From Lingula anatina (lineage: Eukaryota; Animalia; Brachiopoda): 64,000 nucleotides of DNA. A model generated the notes under the pieces. It did no database searches and was not told the origin of the DNA. It was given only the letters and a program-made list of their open reading frames with translations. The stretch lies in contig CM120648.1 of the NCBI GenBank assembly GCA_051362555.1, forward strand, positions 17,418,587 through 17,482,586, read 5' to 3'. Below, in pieces: positions 1 through 11,569 of the stretch (the first letter of the stretch is position 1; every line of letters begins with the position of its first letter). A program made the translations under genes and the position numbers.

Positions 1-825
1 TTCCTGACACATTTTTAGAAATTCTATCCACTTTTGTCCTAGATATTAGCAATAAGTTGTAACTTCTTGATATTAGATACCTATGTCATTTGTCTTTAAC
101 GAAGAAGGCTTACCACCACAAATAACAGAGATAATATAACTGAGGAATCATAGAGTCATCAAGTGCACTTTTATTGCACTGAGATGACTTAAATAATAAA
201 ACTGGTCATTCTAATCAGCGTTAAATCCAACACTACATTTAGCCGAAACCAAAACGACACATATTTTCTCATATTTCCTGCTTACCCCACACCTGTTACC
301 TCACGCCATTTAGATTAACTCGTGAGCAAAGATCATTAATCTTGTCACCTATCAGAAGACACAAAAACAATTTGTGATCTCCCCCTGAAGAGAAGTATGG
401 CCGTAAATGACCATTGCGTAAGAACGTGTTTCAACGTTTAGTGGCATTCATCGCTTTGAGCGGTACCATTATAAACACGAAGAGAAAACTTATTTCGAGC
501 GCAGTGCTACAAATGTGCCGGTCCCTTTTCTTTTGTCTAAGATGTGTTCGCGGTGCATTAATTTCCAACTTAGGTTGTGTAACTCATAACTTTTACGTAA
601 CGAGCAAACAGCCGTGAATCATTTATCTTCTTTAAATTTCTATGTGTACAAAACGATGTCGTTGGTGAAACACGTTAATTATTTAATGTTCTATGTGTAT
701 AGATTGGTCCTGGCGTTACTTTTTTACGCGCGTTTGGGTAGGGAGCGCGTGTGGAATTTAGAACCCACACCCGTTCTGCTCCTCGGGGATATGAAGTGCA
801 TATTTTCAACATTTCTACCATACTC

Positions 826-1014
826 CAGGTGTGGATCCAAGATTATTTAAAGGGGGGGGGGGGGGGTCCGGAACGACAGGCCTCAGATCCAAACATACCA
901 TTTCCCCCTTGGTGTGGGGCTCGGGGCCTGCTCAAGGGCCCCGAAATATTTTTGGACCCTCTCAAAATATTTTCGATCTCCCTTACCCCCCCCCCCCCTC
1001 TAAATCCGCCACTG
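826..1014. mobile_element. Short non-autonomous TIR element (CAG...CTG ends, G/C-run MITE)
   Basis: Starts CAGGTGTGGATCCAAGATTATTT, ends TAAATCCGCCACTG; internal G-run and C-run are complementary; TACTC occurs on both flanks; related copy at 4776-4973 and a matching end at ~7946. Confidence 0.55.
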
Positions 1015-1505
1015 TACTCTGGAAAACACTTTTAAACTGAAATGTATTGGCAAACCGTAACAAGAAACGACACTAAACCTTGAAAGGAGGATTAATTTAT
1101 TTTTCTGGAAAGTGGGCCTATTTTATCCTTCATTTCACCCATCTTGACAAATGCCACAGAGCGGGAATCAGTTTTTGATTCAGAACCCTTTCCTCGCCAA
1201 AAAGGTGCTTCCTTCGAGCCGGCGACTCCCTCCCCCTCCCCCCCCCCTCCCCTCAAACTCTGTCCACGAGCATGAGCTGAATTTAACGATGAAACATGAA
1301 AATTTTGAAGTATTGTTTAGCAAGTTCAAGTTTAAACTACAACGCAAGTTGCGACTTTAGCATGCACTACCCAGAGTGAATTCTACACTTGGCTAGAGGA
1401 AAACCCTCCACACTCTACTGAACAGGAGAACATAAAGAAATGTTGTGCGTTACAGAAATACTACCACTTCCTCATCGACCATGGATCGAGAGTGAACCAA
1501 TTTTA

Positions 1506-1507
<2 letters not shown>

Positions 1508-1548
<41 letters not shown>
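1508..1548. repeat. (TA)n microsatellite
   Basis: Direct reading. Confidence 0.95.
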
Positions 1549-1553
<5 letters not shown>

Positions 1554-4500
1554 TGGGCAGCCTCACAGAATGGGACACGCCTAGAAAGAGTCTAAAATGC
1601 AGTGCCGATGTTCACAACTGGCTCAGAGAGGAGGGGGTGCTTATGTCAACTCACTCTCCCTCCATTCAGTCAACGTCGGCAGCTTTTGAGGGTTGAGATG
1701 ACATAGGTGCCCATATCAGTCGTCTTGGTCCTGAAAACACTGATGATGATAGCAGGTTGTCCTGTCGTGATAAGCCGGAACTGATCTCCGGTCCCAGAGG
1801 GGCACTAATTCAGGAATAGCGTGTAGAACGCTCACGATGACCTCAATTGAACCCTGAAGTGACCGAACTAAATATACCTCACAAGTGCCATTTTTGGCGT
1901 TCAGATATTTTGTCATATTCGATGGGGATACGCCCTGTGTTCACAGTGCACTATTGAGAATGAAATGAGACGATTTTCTTCACATATTCACACGAGTACA
2001 CACTCTTTTTCGTTTATTTAAGAGGTAACTATATTGTTTGGAGCATATTGCGTCTTTAGAGCAAAATAAGGACATTTCTTAGCTAGAAATGGAGTCACAA
2101 GAAAAGGAGCGTCAAATACCGATTTTGTATACATGTTGTACATTGTACTTGTATTCAGGGTTGACAAGATAGAAACAAGGAGTATCTACTGGGTGAGACT
2201 TTAATAAAATAAACTGATAAACTGAACGGTAACCACATAATGCGGTGATCACTAGATGCAAGAATATATACACGAAAATCCAACTTTTAACTGTTGAATT
2301 CAAAACTGAAATTTACCCTTTGAAAATTATGGTAAACATGCACCAATTTTTTTTATTCTGCTGGTACCCACATCTGAAATAAGATAATCAATAATACATG
2401 GGGTTGTAAGAAATCATTGGCGGTAAGATATCTTTGAAAAAAGATATAAAAGGCAAACATACCGATCCATGTATTAAAATATTTGTTACCTGTGAACACC
2501 TGTAGTTGACGTAAATTTGAACGAAAGTTCCACAATATGATAAAGCAAAACGACATTTCAATTATCATTCTTGTAGAAAATGCGCAAGGTATTTTAGGGA
2601 GAATAGAAACATGAGGATCCGTACGTTGTTCAACGCGGTTTTCCTTACAACAGGAATCAAAGGAAATATCCTGATTATGTCGTTTTGACAACGATTTTGA
2701 CAGTAAGGTAGATGCTGCTGCGGGTCGTCCCTTTGAAGTACTTCGACAACATAGAATAGAATATGCGTGTTGAATTGAAATAGAAATGTACTGTATTATT
2801 ACTTGGCATGATACGGCTAATTTTCAAATTCTGTGTGAATCAAAAACATTTTAAATAATAGTAAATAATAGTAGTAATATTAGCTGTTGATTGAAGAAAA
2901 AATAATTTCTTTTAACATAACACAACTGCCGGAATTCTTTTCTGGTGGAAAAATTGAAAATAAAAATGTAAGGAAGAAATATATACTGCATCTGTGAAAG
3001 CCCCACTGTTAGGCATTGCGTTCTCTCGTCTTGGGATGTTTTAAATCTTGCCAAATGTTGTAAAAGTAATACAATGATAATCCCCTTATGTGGCACATTC
3101 TAAAGGATATTTTGATAAAATGCTCCTTACAAAAATATTACAAGTTTTAAGACATTGACACTGAAGTGACTAGAATTAACTGACTTTCCACAGAACAAGG
3201 AAAATTTTTACTTTATAAAATAAATGTGCAACTTTTGCAGAATTAATCCCTTTACCACTATTGGACTGAATGACGAGTTTCTAAGTTTTCATGGCGCCAT
3301 TCAGTTCTTAAAGAAAATCAGCGAAAAGAGACAGAACAATGATCAAGACTACGTGTAACATGTTACTTCTCACTGAATGGTTAAGACTTCTGAAGATGAG
3401 AAAAAAGGCAGAAAGAAAAGGAAGAGAGAGAAATAGAAACAAAACTGTCATCTGTGTACAAAGTTAATGTTGACCAACGCCTGCATGAAGACTACCTATG
3501 TCACGTGACACAGGTGGAGAAGACATCTTTCTTAATGCTTAATGAAAAAGGAATTATCAGGCAGGGGTGATTTCCATTTAGATTGACCACACAGTTGTGT
3601 ATAACCGTTACTAGAGGTGTTAAATTCGACCGCCTTTGATCATCTTTAGCGTTCTGTGTGTGGCGGGCAGCGTTTGTGTGGACCACCCTTAAGAGACACG
3701 AGTTAAGAGCATTAACGCGCTAAGGTTCAGAAATCAGAGAAACGAAGCGTTTCGTACTTAACAGTACTTTTCTTAATTAAGCATATTTAAAATGAACCCG
3801 TTGACTTGGAGTGCTGCTGATAATCATGATCACGTTATTTTTGGAGAAAACGATTTGTATTTTATTTTTTTGAAATTTTGTTTCTTTACCTGAATGAATT
3901 GGGTATAGGTGTCCACAGTACGTATGTATACGGTATTAAGAGTGGAATATTAATATTCAGACGGACTGAGGCTTGGTTGACATGTTTAAATAACGGAAAT
4001 GTTTCTTTTTCTCAGTAAAATGTCTTCACTTAAATAATAAAAAAAGTGGTGCAGGGTGTTTTCATTGATTTATTGTTTCGTTTTATTTATTTATTTATTT
4101 ATTTATTTAATAACAGAGGTATTGAAAAGTTTGAATTTGAAACAACGTAACTTCTCAAAATTCATTTCTTTTTCCGCCAGAAATTTGGTTCATGGATGCT
4201 CCTCTCATACAGTATGCAAAGTTGTGTGGTTCTATTCTTCTATTCTTTTTTTATTAAAAAATACAATGCACAATCATGACTGGCTTATTTCATTCATTGT
4301 GTAGTATTCAATAGAAACACAGTTCCCCTTTTGAAGCAAACATAACTGTGAATTGTCCTCGTAGCTCATCATTTACTTTGAAATGTGACTAGTGTTCCTA
4401 AAATTAAAAAGGTAAAAATTGAGACAAATAAAACAAGCAACGTTGTGTGAAGACCATACACCAAGGGAGCCGAAAGTTCCCGTAAATTATAAAGTTCTGC

Positions 4501-4775
4501 AAAGAATTCATCACGACGCACGAGCAGTGTCACAGCGTGGCCCGCTCATCCCGTTCTCTGTCACCGTGGTGGATGTCACCTCTCGAGTCACCAGACAAGA
4601 TGACACTGTCAACACTGCTCTGATTGTCGCTCTCTTTTCATGCGTAAGTTTCCTTGGAACAAAGACATATTCAAACTATCATAAGATAAAGCCACCTCTG
4701 TTATTTTTGCAGATTGAGCGATCTTTATTTGTAGTTTTTGCATAACAGTGCACAAGATTGCGAAATAAGTATATA

Positions 4776-4973
4776 CAGGGGCAGATCCAGGATTATTTGA
4801 AAAGGGTCCGCGGATGCAATACCGATTCATTTTGGAGGGTGGACGGTGGCATTTGATACGGCTTAGAACTAGTTAAAATTCTAATTTCAAGAGGGGACCA
4901 TTGTTTTTTTTTTCAGAAATCAAAGGGGGGGTATCAGGACCCCCCTGACACCAACCTAAATCTGATACACCTG
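4776..4973. mobile_element. Short non-autonomous TIR element, same family as 826-1014
   Basis: TA|CAGGGGCAGATCCAGGATTATTT ... AAATCTGATACACCTG|TA; shares the GATCCA.GATTATTT start with the 826 copy. Confidence 0.55.
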
Positions 4974-5182
4974 TATATTAAAAAATAGGCTAGAATAGTT
5001 AGCGATAAAAATGGCACACATAGCCTTGTTCATGTATTATTTTCATGGTAAAGATGCACATTTTATTTAACCCCAGGTTACAGGTGTTACATCCAGTCTT
5101 ACATTTGTTTATATTCCTATGGCATGGAGGCAACGTTTATGAAACCACAAAACCTAAGTTCAAACATTTTAAAAATGAATTA

Positions 5183-5397
5183 CACCCCATTTCCATAGAT
5201 TAGATCGACCTACTTTAGATCGACCTAACTCCCTGGGGGTTCACGCTAAATAGCTGTCAGCCGGGCGGACACGAAAGTTAATTACCCCCTTACAGCTTGT
5301 AGTAGGCGGGACGGACATTTAAGTCGGATTATCTGAAAGTAATCTAGTGAGACTCCCTGCGGGGATAGATCGATCTAAAATCTATGGGAATAGAGCC
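5183..5397. mobile_element. Fold-back MITE family A (Tourist/PIF-Harbinger-like), internally deleted copy
   Basis: TTCCATAGATTAGATCGACCTA pairs with TAGATCGATCTAAAATCTATGGGAA; TTA on both flanks; core (AATTACCCCCT..CAGC..AGTAGGCG) shared with the copies at 23975, 31614, 37047 and 56755. Confidence 0.65.
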
Positions 5398-6299
5398 TTA
5401 GAAAATACACACACATAGTACTGATGTGCGTAGTTATTTGATATTATCTATAACATATTGTCAAATTCAAACTTTGAAGGGGATGAGAGAGGGTAAAAAC
5501 CCGCTCTCCAAGCGTTCTCCTGTCCCGGGTACATCAGGGACTTAACAATAAACGAGTGAATTTCCTCGACACTGCTAACCTGCGCCAGTGTAGAAGAGAA
5601 GAAGGGTGGGAACTTCAGCCGTAGACGATCTATCTTCACTTTGATATGGAGCGTGAAGTATTTCAACATGCTTACGTGTGCGGCATGAAACGGAGAGGAA
5701 AGAACAATTACGGAGCGGTTTGTGGAACAGTGCTAGATTTATTCTCTTTCTTCTTCAAAGTAGAACGGTTTTTGGCATTGGTGGATTCCGGAGGAGGTGG
5801 AGGGGAGGGGTGGGAGGGAGGGGGGCTGTTTTATACAACATGGTGAGGGAAAAGGACAGGGGATAATTTGAGGGATACATGGGCAAAAATTATTTCCGTA
5901 TTTCCTTTTTTTAGCTTCTAAAAGAAAAGTTTAAAACCACTAATTTCTTGATTAGGTTATGCAGGCCAATGTTACAGCGCACTGTATAAACTCTATGTAT
6001 ACCCTGGGTAATGTCCCTGAAGAGAAAGGCAATATAAGCGTAACATTACAACCAACATGCAAAAGTCTCGTTAACACGTTTCTTCCGGTGGAGTATTATC
6101 TGGGAACATGACCTTTAGAAAACAGAATAAAGGTAAAATAATTTGACAAAATCCTACATCAGAGCTCTGCACCAGTAACTGCCTGGTACCTTGTCTCTTT
6201 ATTGAATTTATTATATTATTTTTATTATTTTTTGCTGCTTCATTTGAATAACGACAGAAACGCTGAGTTTCATTTTCACCTGAAAACGGGGACAGAAAG

Positions 6300-6620
6300 T
6301 TTGGTCTGATTAACTAAACTTCGCGTTCATGTATTTTCCGGTTGCCTGGTAATCTTGATCAAACACACCACTTCTGGTGAATAATTATTTTACCGATTGA
6401 ATATTAATTTTCGCAGTTGTATGACTTTTCCTAAATCAAACGGAACCTCCTAAAACATTAAAATAACAAATCTCGCGTTCATGTATTTTCTAGTTGCGTA
6501 GTTAATAAATCTTAATCAAATTAAGAAAATTATATAACAACAATTTGATACTTTCATTTTGTCGTTATTTTGGTTTCATAAATCAAACAGAATCCCAGAA
6601 AACATTGAGATAATAAAAGT
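6300..6620. repeat. Degenerate ~150-bp tandem duplication
   Basis: TCGCGTTCATGTATTTTC at ~6321 and ~6473; TAAATCAAAC.GAA.C at ~6432 and ~6579. Confidence 0.6.
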
Positions 6621-9561
6621 ACATCGTTGTGAGCAGGCTTCCTTCCTTTTTTTAAACATGTTTAAATATCCAAAGTTCTCAGACTATACAGTTGAAGCCA
6701 AGGCCATTCTGGGTAAAGTCAGATATAGCTGACTTACTCTAGCAAGGATTAGACAATACAGAATAGGACTTTTTTTAGCAAAATTCTTTGGATTTGAAGA
6801 AAGACACCCTCAGTCTACGTGACTGCTAGATTCTTGTCTTGCTCAGGAATGCGTAGATTGAAAACTGACAACAGCTATAGAAAATACGTTAGCGAACTTC
6901 CAAAGACGAAAAAAAACATGATACAGAGAATGCGCAGTCCTTTCACTAAGGCTTTTTTGGCACAGTTTAACGATAATAAGCCCTGTCACGCAATTGTTGG
7001 GACTATATTTTAAGGGTTGACATAGACTGATCACATTAAACGGGTTGAGGGTTGTTTCGCACACGTGTAGATGTTAACTGATGAAGATTGATATGCCCCT
7101 CCTGACCTTGACCCTCAAACATGGACCTTTTTCTATCTTCTTGCAATAATACAAGTTCTTACAACAGTACACGTCCTTACAATAATACAAGTTTTTACAA
7201 CACATATTTTACAACACATAATACTACATATCATCAGAGCAAAATGAATATTTTTGTAGCCTTTTTGACAGTGGCAAGGTTATAACAAACAACTTTTAAA
7301 GTTTTTCACTCATTTTTGTGGAGATTGTAAGGTGCGTTTACAGTGAGAATAGATCCACTGTCTTCAGGACAGCTCCAGCTCACGTCTGTCATTCCTGTCT
7401 CCGGGGTTGAGATTCCAGGTTGTGTTAACAAAAATAAACGGCCAGCTCATATAGTACAATGACCAGTCAACATGTTAGTAAAATGGTCTTGCTTATTTTT
7501 CAAAAAGAAAAAAAGAAGAAAAACACACACTTTGAGCAGTACATTTTTTATTTAAATTGTATACACTTCTTCATTTCTTCGAACTGATTGAGTCCCGTAC
7601 GATATGATCACGAACATTCGTTTCGTTTAACCCTCATATAAGAAGGTATTCCAGTCGTGATAAATTGTTTAATTTTAAACACTTGATGTTAAGTGCACAT
7701 AACTTACTGTAATTCCTTTGCCACTATCGGGACAATGATTTTCAGGGAGGGAGAGGTGCAACGGTTTAATGTTTACACTTTCAATGTTATATAAAATAAA
7801 AGGTAGAGGAATGGACAAGGTGCTTGATATTGGTACGTCCTCCTTGTAATGCTGTTTTTTTATTTTTGGAAGGAGGGAGAAGGGGGGAGAGGATGCTACC
7901 CCTGAAGTTAGTGCGTCATGCCCCCCCCTCCCCGTATCCGCCCCTGTAAATGAAGAGTAAACCAAACCCTACTCTTAAAATAGTGCGAATGTGGGAAATT
8001 TTCTGACGAAAACAGCCCCTATACTCCCTTTTTGTAAAATGACCTAAACTGGGTCAAAAACTGTTCATAATACCCGTATTTTCTATTCAATTCAAATAGA
8101 CAGGTTTTTATGTTTTGTTCAGATAAACGGGTCCACATCTTATTCAGAAATGAATCACTAAAATCTACGCGTACCGATGCACTCTCATATTCTATGCAAA
8201 TGCACACGTGCTTTGGAATCCTTCTGTTGCCTTTGAACAATCAACGATAAAAACAAAGCTCTGCGGTTAAGGCACAGGTGATAATTACAACAAACACGTG
8301 ATAATTAATACGATCACGTGCGCTGTTGAAAGAATTGTGTACGAGAGGGCAAGGTTTAAGTCGAGCACAAAATAAATTTCGTTCTTTTTCCTTTGTACCG
8401 AATATACCGATGCCAATGTGCATTCCAATACACTCATTTCATATAACAAGTTCACTGAGAAATATTTTAACTCTAATATTAAAGTATCTAACAAGAGACA
8501 CCTTCTGTCCTAAAATATTGGAGTGACATTCAATAAGTCTAATTTTTGTTTGCAAATCTAAAAAAAATACTATTATAGTAACTTTGAGTGCATAACAGAT
8601 CATGACAAGGGTGATGGGATTCTTTGCCACGAGTGATCTGTATTAAACGTTTTATTCTAAAAGAAAACTTGCGTGTAATATGTATTCAACTTGCAATCTT
8701 TTCTTACCGAGAAGACGGTCTTATTTCTCAAAATTGCTTTCAGAATGTTTACCTACATCCAAGCCACTAGATATACTTTTTGTTGTTTGCGATCGCTTCC
8801 CCTTTTTTGTCAGACAATTGACTTATTCTGCTTCGTGACTTTATCCCTGGATGATGCTCGTGCAGGAACAACTAATTAGTTTTGTGCAGCGAGTTAAAAA
8901 AATCAGGAAGACCGCACATTTTGACAAACTCCTAAAACATGTCGCAGTATGTGACACCTGGGACCTCTTAAACCTACAGGTGACAACCGGTACATCTTCA
9001 ACAAGTTTGTACGAGTTGATCGTTGTGACACATTTATCCCCATGTTTATTAAGCAAAAGAAAAAAATCTTTCAAAGTGTCTGAAGAAGAGTGTTAGAAGT
9101 GAATATTTCAGACATTTTACTCTCTATATACTAGCCCAATAATTCCCCAGCTCACAAACACTCTGTATGAATCATAGCATATACAGATGGGGGGAGGGGG
9201 GCAGCGAAGCCTTCTCCCTCCTCTCTTTATTTCTGAAATATCCCCTGTCTCTAAAGCGTGCGATACACAGCAAGGCAACTAGTAATACCTGCTTCTCGCT
9301 TACGTAAAACAACGACAAATTAATCGAACCCCTTGCGTCTGTCTGTCGATTGGCATTTTTCCCTCATACTTTACTACATAAAGCTGGGTGTGCCAGTGCT
9401 TTAACTTCCCGGTCTATATTTGCGTGGAAAATGATTAGGAGCTACCTGAACACGTGACTAACTCTCTGACACAGGCCCTTCTTACACCTTCAAACAATTT
9501 CCTAAAACCCTTAGATAGCATATAGCAAGGGACCGACTCTATTTGTATGTAAACGTACCTC

Positions 9562-9809
9562 AGGGCTCATTCCAATTGCAGCTATCGGTCTACGTAGATC
9601 GATCCAACTATGGGGGGATTCTCGCTGAATGCAATCAGTTGATCAGATTAACACGTCTCCTCCTGGCGTTGAGTAGAATGCAGAAAAGCTGGTGATTATA
9701 CAGGTACATTGAAAACAAGAGAAGGCGTGTTCAACTGATTGTATTCAGTAAGTCTCTGTAGAGCTGGATCGATGTACGTAGACCGATAGCTTGGTTGGGA
9801 ATGAGCCCT
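9562..9809. mobile_element. Fold-back MITE (family A-related) with long inverted arms
   Basis: AGGGCTCATTCCAA...GCTATCGGTCTACGTAGATCGATCCA pairs with TGGATCGATGTACGTAGACCGATAGC...TTGGGAATGAGCCCT; pairing continues for ~90 bp. Confidence 0.75.
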
Positions 9810-10559
9810 TGTCTGAGGACTGGATTCCAGGAACAAACAGTAGCGCTGACAGTGCTGTCAAGGGTTAATCCCTCCATCTTGTGTGTACTTCTGCTTGTTT
9901 GTGTGCGTGTTTTGTCTTATGGCTCGAGACAAGGGAGGGAGAGGATGGAGGGATGCTTAAGTGGGCCGGGGGGGGGGGGTGCTCTGTAAAGTACACTAGC
10001 TATGTCAGAACAAAACATTGGTCATTTTATACAGAAGAGACAGAGCTATCCAACATTTTCATTTCCTTCAACTACTATCGCTTTGTCCTTGCTTGATCAA
10101 AGCTTTAGGACTTGATAGAATTTCGACATTCCTTTATGTGTGAAAGAGGAAACAGGCGATGAACCCCCCCCCCCAGGCCTCTTTCTCTGGAATTTAACAC
10201 AGTATATATCTAGAAATACTGGATAGATCTAAACCTGAATAGCACTGGTTTCAATAAATACATCGCACCTTGTGGAGTACTGTATAGTTATTTATCCGTG
10301 TCTCGTTAAACACTCGGTAATGTTGAAATTGGATTCATATTGAACTAAGGATTAACAATATCTTTAATTTGAAATGTGTAAAGATCTGCAGTGAGGGTAG
10401 GGGGATTACATATGACATGAGAAGCCTCACGTTTCTCCAACAAATCACATAAAAAGCGGCTTTAACTTTTGTTTCCACGTCCACAAGTGGAAAATTACAC
10501 AAAGCTTTAAGCAAGTTTGAAAATATTTACTTTTAAAAAGATTTCGGTAAAGTTCCTCT

Positions 10560-11280
10560 CTTTCCCACGCTCCCAACACTTGTCATGCGACTCGATGACG
10601 TCATCCAGGTGAAAGTGTCGTCTGCGCACCTTTGAATTTTGGAACAAACTTTGTATTGAAAACTTGTTAATCAATTCAAATTGAAAACAAAGCTTGAAGG
10701 GGGAATGCAAGTGAGATTTCTTCAAATAAATCTCTCAGGTGTTTTCATTTTAGAGACCCGCGCCATGGCAGACGAGTTTAGGTGACGTGCCTGCTGTATA
10801 CGAGAGGCTGACATGTCGCTCAGGGCCGTGATGTATCACTGTTTCTCACCTCTCCAGACAGACTAATGTAATGGTGAACACAGGTGGTTAAAGTTAACAT
10901 CGAGGGGGCGGAGTTTTCCCACAGTCGAATTCAACACTCCGCACGTGCGGCTACTTTACATGAGAATACCTCCATCTTTGATTGACAGCTGCGCACCTGG
11001 GCAGACGACAGGCGACACAATCAAAGGGGAGCCACTCCAGCCAATCAGGCGCCACGTCTCAAACCGCCCCATGGCGCCGCGTTGTCTCGGGTGATTGGAT
11101 TGGCCTGATGTGCAGGTATGGTGAGTTAGAAGCAAGTTTCCCACGGGCGAGAGGCATGCGTCATGCGGCCATAAAGCAACGGGGGCAAAAGGTCTCACTA
11201 TCAGCTTCATCTCCTCAACATACCTATACTGGGCACCTTAGACATTTAGTTAGCATTCCCATAGAGTCCCCGCACGAGAC
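10560..11280 (+). promoter_or_regulatory. Putative HES proximal promoter: Su(H)/CSL sites, CRE, GC-box, E-boxes, CCAAT boxes, TATA-like CATAAA, N-box
   Basis: TTCCCACR at 10562, 10916 and 11138; ATGACGTCAT at 10595; GGGGCGGAG at ~10905; GCACGTGC at 10941; AGCCAATCAG at 11039; GATTGGATTGG at ~11093; CATAAA at 11170; CACGAG at 11273. CpG-rich relative to its flanks. Confidence 0.65.
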
Positions 11281-11569
11281 ACTGGGACGTATCGCAGGGA
11301 GAACGAAAAAGACCAAGAAAAACTCGTAGAGGAAGAAAAACTGGAATATTTACAAAAACGATATGCAACTAGGGCTGAATATTCGACAATAACTGCGGAT
11401 GGATATTTGCAAATAAACACAGAAAGGATTGTTTGTTTACTGTAAAAATTATTGGATGCCCTGAGGCGTTGTGATATTAACATCTGCGTCGATTAAGAGA
11501 AATCTAATTAAAGAAGTCCCCGCTGGCGACAATAACGACAGGGGTGTTACCCAGCAATCAAAGTAAAAC

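Noticed and set aside
1790-1808. CTCF-like motif
   Set aside because: Poor 5' match and wrong spacing.
1550-1940. GC-richer stretch as a coding exon
   Set aside because: Stops in the frame examined and no recognisable motif or splice context.
11110-11146. Su(H) paired site
   Set aside because: Only one half matches; no GTGRGAA-like partner at 15-17 bp spacing.
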